Below are positions 18,644 through 26,487 of a DNA stretch of 64,000 nucleotides, in pieces. Both the position numbers and the translations under genes were made by a program. Numbering within the stretch: position 1 is the first letter of the stretch; every line of letters starts with the position of its first letter. Below the pieces are notes generated by a model that made no database searches, was not told the origin of the DNA, and was given only the letters and a program-made list of their open reading frames with translations. The DNA is from Actinomycetota bacterium (GTDB taxonomy: Bacteria; Actinomycetota; Coriobacteriia; Anaerosomatales; SLCP01), in NCBI GenBank assembly GCA_037446725.1, contig JBBIIC010000006.1, positions 424 through 64,423 of the forward strand, in the 5' to 3' direction.

Positions 18644-18844
18644 TCAGGTGAACACTCCCCGACCGCACCCGGAGGACGAGCCTCCTGTGGAACGGCCGAA
18701 CGATACGGAGCCGCCGCCCGGTCCGGTCGTCACGCTCACGGACCCGCACCTGGGACAGACCCGATCCTCGTCGCGGATGATCCGCATCAGGAAACGCTCG
18801 AACCGCTCACCGCAATCCTGACACTTCAGGTCGTACGTGGGCAA
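18644..18844 (-). CDS. FmdB-family zinc-ribbon protein
   Basis: MPTYDLKCQDCGERFE...CPRCGS followed by a Gly/Ser-rich tail ending in CG. Confidence 0.75.
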   Translation of the reverse strand: MPTYDLKCQDCGERFERFLMRIIRDEDRVCPRCGSVSVTTGPGGGSVSFGRSTGGSSSGCGRGVFT

Positions 18845-18847
18845 CCG

Positions 18848-19195
18848 TCACACCCCCAGACCAAGCTCTTTCGAGAGCGCATCGGCGCTCTTGGCACCCA
18901 CGGCCCGCGCGACGACGGAACCTCTCTCGAACTTGGCGATCGTCGGTATGCTCATGACGCCGTACTTCATGGCGACGTCTCGATTGTCGTCTATGTTGAC
19001 TTTCACGAACTTCACAGTGCCGTTCGCCCGGTCGGCCAGCTTCTGTACCTCGGGTGCGACCACCCGGCACGGCCCACACCACGGCGCCCAGAAGTCGACT
19101 ACCACCGGGACGCTGGCGTCGAGCACCTCTTCCCGGAAGAGCGCTTCGCTCACGTCCTTGACCTTGTCCGACATCCTTCTCCCCTTTCCCGTCAT
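18848..19195 (-). CDS. trxA: Thioredoxin
   Basis: WAPWCGPCR active site in a 115-aa protein. Confidence 0.9.
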   Translation of the reverse strand: MTGKGRRMSDKVKDVSEALFREEVLDASVPVVVDFWAPWCGPCRVVAPEVQKLADRANGTVKFVKVNIDDNRDVAMKYGVMSIPTIAKFERGSVVARAVGAKSADALSKELGLGV

Positions 19196-19225
19196 CCGCT
19201 ACGGTGGCCATCTACAATCGCTCTC

Positions 19226-19254
19226 ATGATACCCCCTGGGGTATGTCTCGTCAA
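19226..19254 (-). promoter_or_regulatory. trxA promoter with embedded CsoR-type operator (TTGACG-N17-TATCAT; palindrome ATACCCC-CT-GGGGTAT at 19229-19244)
   Basis: The minus strand reads CGTTGACGAGACATACCCCAGGGGGTATCATGAG. It lies 34 nt upstream of the trxA start and 69 nt upstream of the divergent chelatase-like gene. Confidence 0.65.
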
Positions 19255-19312
19255 CGCGCGCACACCGGTCGGCTCGGGGTATCATCGGTGCGTCGGACAT
19301 GAAGGAGGGTCG

Positions 19313-20539
19313 ATGGCGCCGCTGCTGTGGGCCGGCCTGGTCGGAGGAGCGATGGGTGCGGGTGCGAGCCTCGCACTCCTGCTCGTCGTGGTCCGGCCAC
19401 GCGAGGCGCTCGTCGCGCTCGGGGGCATCGTCTCCATGGGATTCGCGGTCGTGGCCGGCAGCAGGCTGGTCGCCGCGTACGATACGACCACCTTCACGGT
19501 CGTTGCTGGTCTTCTTGCAGTGGCCGGGCTTGGCGGCGGTTTCGCGCTGGTGTCGGCCGTGCTCTCGTACGTCGCGCCTCGCGCCCCCCGCGCACGGATA
19601 CCTCTTCCCGGTATTTCGGTCCGCACACTTGCCGTCTTGCTGGTCGACACGGAATCCGAGACCTACCGCCCGAGCGAGACGACTCGGGAGATCGCAGAGC
19701 TCGTCGCCGCCGGCCTGCCCGAGCCCTCAATCGCCATCACCCCCTTCCATTATGCGGCTCAGAAGGCCCGGTACCGTGCCGTGGGTGGCAGGAGCCCCGA
19801 ACATGCCGCAGCGAGGGCCTGCGCCGAGAACGTGGAATGTCGCCTCGCGTCCAGTCGATTCGCTGGCCCCGTGACCGTCCGCTGCTCTGAGCCCTCCGCG
19901 CTTCTCGACCTAGTCGAGCAGGCGCTGGACGCGGGCTACACCCGCGCCATCGTCGCGGGCGCCCACATCGCACAGAGCAGCCGGGCCGTTACTCAACGCC
20001 GCGATCTCGAGGAGGCAGGAGACCTGCTCGCGTCGATCAGCGTGGGCTTCACCCGGCCCCTTTGGACATCAGACGAGCTCGCCCGGCTGATCGCCGAGCG
20101 TACGCTTGCCGTCGCCGACGGACCCTCTGACTCAGGCGTGGTGTTGCTCGTCCACGGCCAGCCCGGGCTGCAGGCCGATTCGAATCCCACCTTCGACATC
20201 CAGGAGAACGCGTTCGCGAACCGGGTCCGGACACTGCTTCAGGAGGGGGGCCTGGACGAGGCGAACATACGTGTGTGTGCTGCGGAGTGGCGCGATCCGG
20301 GGATCGCAGAGACGGTCCGCCACCTCGCGGCACTCGGTTCCCGGCGCATCATCGTCGTGCCCACGTGTTTGCCCTTCGCAAACCTGCAGGTCCTGCTCGA
20401 CGTGCCCGCGGCCGCACGCGACGCCCGCGTCCCGGATGACGTGCGCATCGTGCACGTCGCTCCATGGGGTGAAGACGAAGTGTTCTCCGAGGTGATCGCG
20501 CGGGAGATCGAGCTGGAAGCCGGGACGCGCGCGTCCTAG
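19313..20539 (+). CDS. Membrane-anchored ferrochelatase/CbiX-like (class II chelatase fold) protein
   Basis: ATG 19313 with a GGAGG RBS. About 3 N-terminal TM helices, then segments I align by eye to ferrochelatase motifs: KARYRAVGGRSPE, VLLVHGQPG and RIIVVPTCLPFANLQVLLD. The 673-aa track ORF is an artefactual extension. Confidence 0.5.
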   Translation: MAPLLWAGLVGGAMGAGASLALLLVVVRPREALVALGGIVSMGFAVVAGSRLVAAYDTTTFTVVAGLLAVAGLGGGFALVSAVLSYVAPRAPRARIPLPGISVRTLAVLLVDTESETYRPSETTREIAELVAAGLPEPSIAITPFHYAAQKARYRAVGGRSPEHAAARACAENVECRLASSRFAGPVTVRCSEPSALLDLVEQALDAGYTRAIVAGAHIAQSSRAVTQRRDLEEAGDLLASISVGFTRPLWTSDELARLIAERTLAVADGPSDSGVVLLVHGQPGLQADSNPTFDIQENAFANRVRTLLQEGGLDEANIRVCAAEWRDPGIAETVRHLAALGSRRIIVVPTCLPFANLQVLLDVPAAARDARVPDDVRIVHVAPWGEDEVFSEVIAREIELEAGTRAS

Positions 20540-20543
20540 CGTG

Positions 20544-21269
20544 CTACCCGGCGCGGCCGGGCTTGCAGACGGCCCTGTTCCACTCGCGCTGGCGCTGGAT
20601 ACGCGGGAAGTGGAATGCGTAGCGCAGGGCGATACCGAGCCCGCCGCGGCCGGTCTCGGCCCGGGTCTCGAGAGCGTCGATGCTGGCCCGCAGATCATCC
20701 GCGCTGGTACCGCGGAACACGGTATAGCCCTTACCGATGCCCTGGAGCACGTGGGCGTCAGAGCCGCCGGTCGCCGCGATGCCCTGGCCGCCCGAGAAGA
20801 CCCTGGCAGCGACCCTGTTCGCGTAGACGAGGAAGGGCATCGAGTTGTAGACCTCGAGCGCATGGAACGCGAAATCGTTCAGTGCCGCACCGAAGCCCTT
20901 GACGCCGAAGGGTCCGAAGACGCCCTGTGCGGAGAACGGATGCGGGATCATCGCCACCCCGCCCTGCTCGTCGATGGCGCGGATGGTGTCGGTCACACTC
21001 ATCCCGGCGTGGATGTGCTCCTGGATGAACAGACCGATGACGTGCCCCGACTTCGTGGAGACCTCTTCGCCCACGACGACCTCGAGCTCGAAATCGCTCT
21101 CAAGGGACTTGGCGAGAAGGGCTCCCTCGATGGTGTTGTGGTCGGTGATCGCGATGACAGAAAGGTCGGTGTTGTCCTGGACGTGACGCATGATCTCGGG
21201 GATGGTCGCTAGACCGTCGCTATGGGTGCTGTGGATATGCAGATCGGCCTTGCTCCACGTCTTGCTCAA
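20544..21269 (-). CDS. PHP-domain metal-dependent phosphoesterase
   Basis: ADLHIHSTHSDG...VIAITDHNT motifs. I prefer the TTG start at 21269 (GAAGGGGA RBS). The longest ORF would start at 21395. Confidence 0.7.
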   Translation of the reverse strand: MSKTWSKADLHIHSTHSDGLATIPEIMRHVQDNTDLSVIAITDHNTIEGALLAKSLESDFELEVVVGEEVSTKSGHVIGLFIQEHIHAGMSVTDTIRAIDEQGGVAMIPHPFSAQGVFGPFGVKGFGAALNDFAFHALEVYNSMPFLVYANRVAARVFSGGQGIAATGGSDAHVLQGIGKGYTVFRGTSADDLRASIDALETRAETGRGGLGIALRYAFHFPRIQRQREWNRAVCKPGRAG

Positions 21270-21438
21270 GTGAGGTCCCCTTCTGAGGATCGTGCGCCCC
21301 GCGGCGCAACATCGAATCAGGTAGTGCAATAAGCGTGCCGTCGCATCCACGAGACGACGGTCGACAGGCTCGTTGTATGTTTCGGCCGTGGACACGACGC
21401 GCGTGAGTGCCGCATCGCCCGGACGTCACTCTGAGGCC

Positions 21439-22605
21439 TCACCTCGAAGCCCACGAGCGAAGCCGGGCGACCCCTTCGGCGAGTCGCTGGAGGGAGGTCG
21501 CGTAGCTGAACCGGAGGAAACCCTCGCCGCCGGGACCGAAGTCGATACCCGGAGCGACCGAGACGTGAACCTCCTCGAGAATGCGGCGCGAGATCTCGAG
21601 AGAATCGTCACCCCAGGCACGGGCGTCGGCGAAAACGTAGAAGGCCCCGGTGGGCTCACACGCCACCGTGAGTCCGATGTCGCGCAGCGCAGGTATCAGA
21701 TAGCGCCGACGCTGGTCGTAGATCTCGCGCATCCGTACGACCTCGCCCTGCGCCTCAGTGAGTGCGACGGTCCCTGCGACCTGGACGAAGTGGTTCGCGC
21801 ACAGGAAGAAGTTCTGCTGTATCTTCTCGCATGGCCTCACGAAGGGGCGCGGGGCGATGAGGTAGCCGAGGCGCCAACCGGTCATCGCATAGACCTTCGA
21901 GAAACCGTTGAGAACGAACGCCCTGTCGGTGAACTCGAGAATCGACCTGCTTCGACCGGAGAAGTCCAGGCCGTGGTAGATCTCGTCGCTGACGATCCAG
22001 ATGCCGTGCTCCTCGGCGATCGACGCGAGTCCCGCAAGGTCCTCGGGGGGCAGAACCGTTCCGGTGGGGTTGCACGGCGAGTTCACCATGATCGCGCGCG
22101 TCTTCGGCGTGATCGCGGCGCGTATCTCTTCGGGGCGGAAGCGGAATCCCTCCTCCGGCCTGACGCGCACGGTCACTGGAACGCCGCCGAGGAAGTTCAC
22201 GTAATTCGGATACGCCGGATAGCAGGGGTCGGAGACGATGACCTCGTCACCGGGGTCTAGCAGGGCACCGAAGACCAGAAGCATCGCGGGGGAAGTCCCC
22301 TGTGTCACCACGATGTCTTCGGGATCGACCGCCACACCGTAGGCGGCCGTGTAATGTGCCGAGACGGCCTCGCGCAGACCGGGCAGTCCCGCCGACTGCG
22401 TGTAACCGGTATCGCCCTGCTCCATCGCCTTTTCGGCAGCGCGGGTGATCACCACGGGTGTCGGCAGATCGGGGTCACCGATCTCGAGCCGCACCACGTC
22501 ATGGCCCATCGCGGCGAGCTCCTTCGCGCGCGCCACGACGTCCATGACCACGAAGGGCCGTATGGCCTCGGCCCGCCTCGAGACGTGCTGTTCTTCTGTA
22601 TCCAC
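21439..22605 (-). CDS. Class I/II pyridoxal-phosphate aminotransferase (aspartate aminotransferase-like)
   Basis: NSPCNPTG and SKVYAMTGWRLGY (PLP lysine) motifs. GTG start at 22605 with a GAGGAG RBS. Confidence 0.8.
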   Translation of the reverse strand: MDTEEQHVSRRAEAIRPFVVMDVVARAKELAAMGHDVVRLEIGDPDLPTPVVITRAAEKAMEQGDTGYTQSAGLPGLREAVSAHYTAAYGVAVDPEDIVVTQGTSPAMLLVFGALLDPGDEVIVSDPCYPAYPNYVNFLGGVPVTVRVRPEEGFRFRPEEIRAAITPKTRAIMVNSPCNPTGTVLPPEDLAGLASIAEEHGIWIVSDEIYHGLDFSGRSRSILEFTDRAFVLNGFSKVYAMTGWRLGYLIAPRPFVRPCEKIQQNFFLCANHFVQVAGTVALTEAQGEVVRMREIYDQRRRYLIPALRDIGLTVACEPTGAFYVFADARAWGDDSLEISRRILEEVHVSVAPGIDFGPGGEGFLRFSYATSLQRLAEGVARLRSWASR

Positions 22606-22621
22606 CCGACTCCTCACCGCA

Positions 22622-23893
22622 TCAGATGCGGGCCTGATAGTGCTCCATGAGCGCGTTGCCCATGACTTCGAGCCGTCGCAGGTCTGCAAAGCCTATCTCA
22701 CCGGTGCTGACGACCTCATGTGGCGGCGCGGGATCGAACGCAAGCCCAACCTCCTCGGCGCGCTGCCACAGGTCGGTGCCCGGCAGGACATGCAGGGTCG
22801 ACATCTGAAGCATGCCCGGATCGAGCTCGGCGACGAACCGCATGCCTTCCACCACATCGGCCGGCCTGTCACCCGGCAACCCCACGATGAGGTCGCACTC
22901 GACGCGTATGCCGGCGCTTCGGAGCGCCTCGACACCAGCCATGAACCGCTCCCTGTGGAAGGAGCGACGACAGACCTCCAGCGCCCGCCCCCCGATGGTC
23001 TGGGGACCCGTTTCGACAGAAGCCACTCCCGCGCGGCTCAGAAGCTCGGCTTGCATGGGCCCGATGCGCTCTATGTCGACCTCGACGGTGTGTAGCCGTA
23101 CTCCCCGGGAAGCGTAGGGCTCCATCACGCCCGACAGCCACTCGAGACGCTCGGGAGTCAGATTGAAAACGGGGTCGATGAAGGTGAAGGAACCGAGTCC
23201 TGCCGTCTGCGCGAGATACGCTGCCTCTGCCTCGACACGCTCGCGGGAGAACGACCTGATCCGCCCGAACCCTTTGCCCTCGAAGCAGTACCCACACCGG
23301 TGCGGGCAACCCCGGTAGGTCTCGAGATACGCGGTGCCCTCCACCGGTTCGACCGCCCCGGTGAGGTACGGTGAAGGGATCGCATCCAGGTCGGCGATCA
23401 GGGGCCGGTCGGGGGCGGAGACGACCTCGCCGTCACGTCGCGCTGTCACGCCCTCGACTCTCCAGGGCGAACGATCCCTCAGTAGGGTCGCCAGCAGCTC
23501 GGCGAACGTCTCTTCCCCCTCCCCGCGAACCACCGCGTCTATCGCGGGCTGGGAGCGAAGAACGTCCTCCGCGATCGGGGAGACCTCCGGTCCCCCGACC
23601 ACGATGTAGGCAGCCGGGAGCACCTGTCGGACGATCCGGCAGGCATCATAGACCGAGCGCGCGTTCCAGCAGGTCACGGAGAACCCGACGACGTCGGGAG
23701 CAAGCCCGGCGACGCGGTACGCGACCCACCATGGGTCGACGTTCACGTCGAGATCGAGCGTCATGAACCCGCTCTTGCCGGCGAGTCGGCCGTCGTGCTG
23801 TGCGTACGCGCGTACGTAGCCGAGAGCGAGCGAACGGTAACCTGGCGAGTTAAGGCCGACGAGCGCGACCTTCTGTGCCGGACCCCGACTCAC
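22622..23893 (-). CDS. B12-binding-domain radical SAM enzyme
   Basis: An N-terminal Rossmann-like B12-binding region and the cluster motif YRGCPHRCGYC (CxxxCxxC). GTG start at 23893 overlaps the upstream stop (GTGA). Confidence 0.75.
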   Translation of the reverse strand: MSRGPAQKVALVGLNSPGYRSLALGYVRAYAQHDGRLAGKSGFMTLDLDVNVDPWWVAYRVAGLAPDVVGFSVTCWNARSVYDACRIVRQVLPAAYIVVGGPEVSPIAEDVLRSQPAIDAVVRGEGEETFAELLATLLRDRSPWRVEGVTARRDGEVVSAPDRPLIADLDAIPSPYLTGAVEPVEGTAYLETYRGCPHRCGYCFEGKGFGRIRSFSRERVEAEAAYLAQTAGLGSFTFIDPVFNLTPERLEWLSGVMEPYASRGVRLHTVEVDIERIGPMQAELLSRAGVASVETGPQTIGGRALEVCRRSFHRERFMAGVEALRSAGIRVECDLIVGLPGDRPADVVEGMRFVAELDPGMLQMSTLHVLPGTDLWQRAEEVGLAFDPAPPHEVVSTGEIGFADLRRLEVMGNALMEHYQARI

Positions 23894-24606
23894 GCGACAC
23901 CCTCCGTCAGCGAGATCACGTCGAGGGCGTGCAGGGCCTTGTCGCCGAGCGCGCCGTCGGGCATGCCGGTCACGGCGACCCACACCCGATTGACGGTACC
24001 CGTGTCGCACGCCGCCGCAACCCACTCGGCCGAGCGCCGCACGTCAAGACGCGGATCACACTCCAGCACGATGCTGGTGACGCCCATCTCGGCCAGGCGC
24101 ATGACGGCCGCCGGGGCATCGTGCAGGTTGTGCGCACACAGACGGATCCTTCCCCGGACCGCAACCTTCACCCCGAGTTCGCCCGCCGCCTCCGAGCACG
24201 CGTGGATCGCACCGACCGCGCGGTCGAAGCCGCCGGGAGTGCCGACCAGAGCATCATGGAGCTCCGGGCCGGAGCCGAGGAAGACCACCTCGATCACACG
24301 GACTCCGCTCTCCAGCAACAGACGCATCGGGGTCGAGTCCGTGGAGTTTCCACCCGAGATACGCACTCCGATGCGACCGACTCCGAGCGCTGCCAGGCGA
24401 GCGGCGTACTCGACCAGGCTGCCGGGATCGAGAGAACCGGTGCCCGTCAGCAACGCCCCCGCGGAGTTCGCCGCCGTCAGCTCGATGTCGAGCACTGCTG
24501 AGGAACCGGCCGCGGGTTCGACTGGCTCGATCTCGCTCGCGGAGGCGCACCGGCGGCACGCGGCCTCCTCGCCGGCTCCCAGACGAACCTCGTGAAAACG
24601 CAGCAT
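23890..24606 (-). CDS. Hypothetical protein (possible TIM-barrel / radical-SAM-like partner lacking the CxxxCxxC motif)
   Basis: 238-aa ORF translationally coupled to the rSAM gene. Its only Cys pair is CRRC near the N-terminus. I recognise no family. Confidence 0.4.
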   Translation of the reverse strand: MLRFHEVRLGAGEEAACRRCASASEIEPVEPAAGSSAVLDIELTAANSAGALLTGTGSLDPGSLVEYAARLAALGVGRIGVRISGGNSTDSTPMRLLLESGVRVIEVVFLGSGPELHDALVGTPGGFDRAVGAIHACSEAAGELGVKVAVRGRIRLCAHNLHDAPAAVMRLAEMGVTSIVLECDPRLDVRRSAEWVAAACDTGTVNRVWVAVTGMPDGALGDKALHALDVISLTEGVA

Positions 24607-24793
24607 AGCGCGGGACTCCTCACAATGACGTTCTCCACAGCATAGCGGATGGTCCGCAGCGCTTCAGCTCGTGCCCCGGTTGCCGTACCCGCGGCCGAGT
24701 GCGACGATGCCACAGCCGGGCCACGTCGCGAGACGATGCCGCGACTATCGTCCTGCGCTACAGTGCACAGGCCGACATGCGGCAGAGCGCTGA

Positions 24794-25414
24794 CGGTCCA
24801 CCGGCGCCGTAACGAGCCTCATCCGCAAGTACTACAACCTCAAGCTGAGCGAGGTCGACACGCGCGAGCTGCTGTTCGAGATCATGACGCTGATAGGGCG
24901 GCGCGGTCTCACGCTTGACTCCGAGTTCGCGCTGCTCCTGACCACACTCGCAACGATCCAGTCACTCGGCACGAATGTCGATCCCGAGTTCCGCTTCGTC
25001 GACTCCGTGACCCCGTTCGCCAAACGTATCATCGAGGAGCAGACTCACCCCGCGACGATGGCGAAGGGCTTCACCTCTACGGTACGGCGCACGATGAAGG
25101 CACTGCAGGGCCTACCCGACAACGTGAACCGGGCCCTCAAGCGCATCGCAGACGGGGACCTGCGCATGACGGTGCGGCCCGGCGGGTTCGACCCGCTGAT
25201 GTCACGCATCGAGCAGGCCGTCGACCGGCTCGCGTTCGCACTCGTCGTCTCCGCGTTCGTCCTAGGGTTCTCGTGGCTGCTCGGCCCCACCGAGTTGCCG
25301 TGGTGGCTCGAGGCGATCGCAGCGTTCGCGCTCGTGTGTGCCGCCGGCGTCGGGGTCTGGTTCTTCCTGTCGATCGTCTTCAGACGCTGGCGGAGGCGAC
25401 ATCACGAGCACTAG
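24794..25414 (+). pseudogene. C-terminal remnant of a UbiB/ABC1-family kinase (kinase core missing)
   Basis: The frame opens right after a TGA at 24791-24793 and reads ...LIRKYYNLKLSEVDTRELLFEIMTLIGRRGLTLDSEFALL..., ending with two TM helices. There is no start codon before the M at 24884. A complete paralog core lies at 57136-58497. Confidence 0.6.
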
Positions 25415-25466
25415 CGACGCAACGCAACTCGGGATGCGCTACGCGAGATCGGCTGCACACGAGAAA

Positions 25467-25488
25467 GGAGCCGCCCGAGGGCGGCTCC
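25467..25488 (-). terminator. Intrinsic terminator hairpin (GGAGCCGCC-CGAG-GGCGGCTCC) after the LPXTG gene
   Basis: A perfect 9-bp stem followed on the minus strand by TTTCTC. It sits between convergent genes. Confidence 0.7.
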
Positions 25489-25512
25489 TCATCGAGGCTT
25501 ACAGCGGCTACG

Positions 25513-26487
25513 CTAGTGTCGGCGCCGACCGAGCCTGCGCAGATGCCCACCTGTGATGGACGCACCGAGCGCCAGGCCCAGCAGGAGCGCGGCGGGATCT
25601 CCTGTGAACGGAAGGTAGTCCTCCTCGAGAGCCGTCTTCTCGACTGTTGACGGCTTCTTCGCCTCGTCGGGCTTGTCCTCGTCGTCGGGCTTGTCCTCGT
25701 CGTCGGGCTTGTCCTCGTCGTCGGGCCTGTCCTCGTCGTCGGGTGGCGACTGGTACGAGACATGGCTCAACACCAGCTTCCCGACTCCCTGGCTGCACAC
25801 GACCGCTGACGCCGAGCGAATCACATCGTGATCGGGTGTGCCGACGTAGAAGTGCTGAGTCGAGCCGTTACCCACAGGCCGACCAGTAGCCGTCAGTTCC
25901 CCGGCGTCCTTGAAGGTCACGGTGAGCTGTGCCGGCTCCGTGCCGTGGTCGAGACCGTTGAGCACGAAGTGCCACACCACCGCGTCTGTGAGCCCGCCAT
26001 CATCCGGCTCACTGCCGGACGTTTTGCTGTCAGCTCCCACGTGCGGATCGTGCAGGTGAACGATCGTCTCACAGGGTTCCGGGTCGGACGAGGCTATGGG
26101 ACTCCCCTTGCCGGACGGGGGTGCGCCGACAGGCTCGAGCGGCGTCGGATCGTGGGTCTCCCCTCCCGCAGATACCTTGACCTTGGCGGGTTTGACCTTC
26201 GCCTGGCCCGGAGGGGTCTTGGCCGAGCCGGCTGGCACTCCTTCCACCGTGCCGCGTTTCGTCTTCCCCTGGCCCGGAGGCGTCTTCGCCGAACCGGCAG
26301 ATGTTCCATTCCCCTTAGCGGAGCCGCCCGCTTCGCTTGCGTTCTGAACGCCCTCATCACCGGCCGCTACCTCACCGGCCCGCTCATCGACCGCGTCTAC
26401 TCGTGATGCGCCGGCCGCGAGGGCTGTCTGCGCAGGAAGCAGAAGGGTGAGCGCTACGAGGAGGGTCAGAACCAGCCCTCGCTTCAT
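25513..26487 (-). CDS. Secreted LPXTG-anchored surface protein with acidic PDDEDK repeats
   Basis: Signal peptide MKRGLVLTLLVALTLLLPAQTALA. C-terminal LPFTG (25600-25614), a hydrophobic stretch and an RRLGRRRH tail. Internal repeats GSAKTPPGQxK (x2) and (D/E)DKPDD (x4). Confidence 0.8.
   Translation of the reverse strand: MKRGLVLTLLVALTLLLPAQTALAAGASRVDAVDERAGEVAAGDEGVQNASEAGGSAKGNGTSAGSAKTPPGQGKTKRGTVEGVPAGSAKTPPGQAKVKPAKVKVSAGGETHDPTPLEPVGAPPSGKGSPIASSDPEPCETIVHLHDPHVGADSKTSGSEPDDGGLTDAVVWHFVLNGLDHGTEPAQLTVTFKDAGELTATGRPVGNGSTQHFYVGTPDHDVIRSASAVVCSQGVGKLVLSHVSYQSPPDDEDRPDDEDKPDDEDKPDDEDKPDEAKKPSTVEKTALEEDYLPFTGDPAALLLGLALGASITGGHLRRLGRRRH
25663..25743. repeat. 18-bp tandem repeat, about 4.5 copies (GTCGTCGGGCTTGTCCTC), coding the PDDEDK repeats
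   Basis: Copies at 25663, 25681, 25699 and 25717 plus a partial copy at 25735. Copies 2 and 3 are identical. Confidence 0.9.

Noticed and set aside
18518-19312. N-terminal 265 codons of the 673-aa plus-strand ORF (18518-20539)
   Set aside because: It runs antisense to three well-supported genes (DUF302, FmdB, trxA) and crosses an obvious promoter/operator region. A GGAGG RBS and a TM-rich N-terminus mark the real start at 19313. High-GC genomes generate long stop-free antisense frames.
20544-24606. The PHP / aminotransferase / B12-rSAM / partner block as a mobile island or RiPP cluster
   Set aside because: I saw no integrase, transposase, flanking direct repeats, tRNA target, precursor peptide or clear GC shift. 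Only the adjacent truncated UbiB-like gene hints at rearrangement, so I report the pair and the remnant separately without calling an island.
25663-25743. Short tandem repeats as a possible CRISPR array or minisatellite
   Set aside because: The units are contiguous 18-mers without spacers, are in frame, and encode the PDDEDK repeats of the LPXTG protein.
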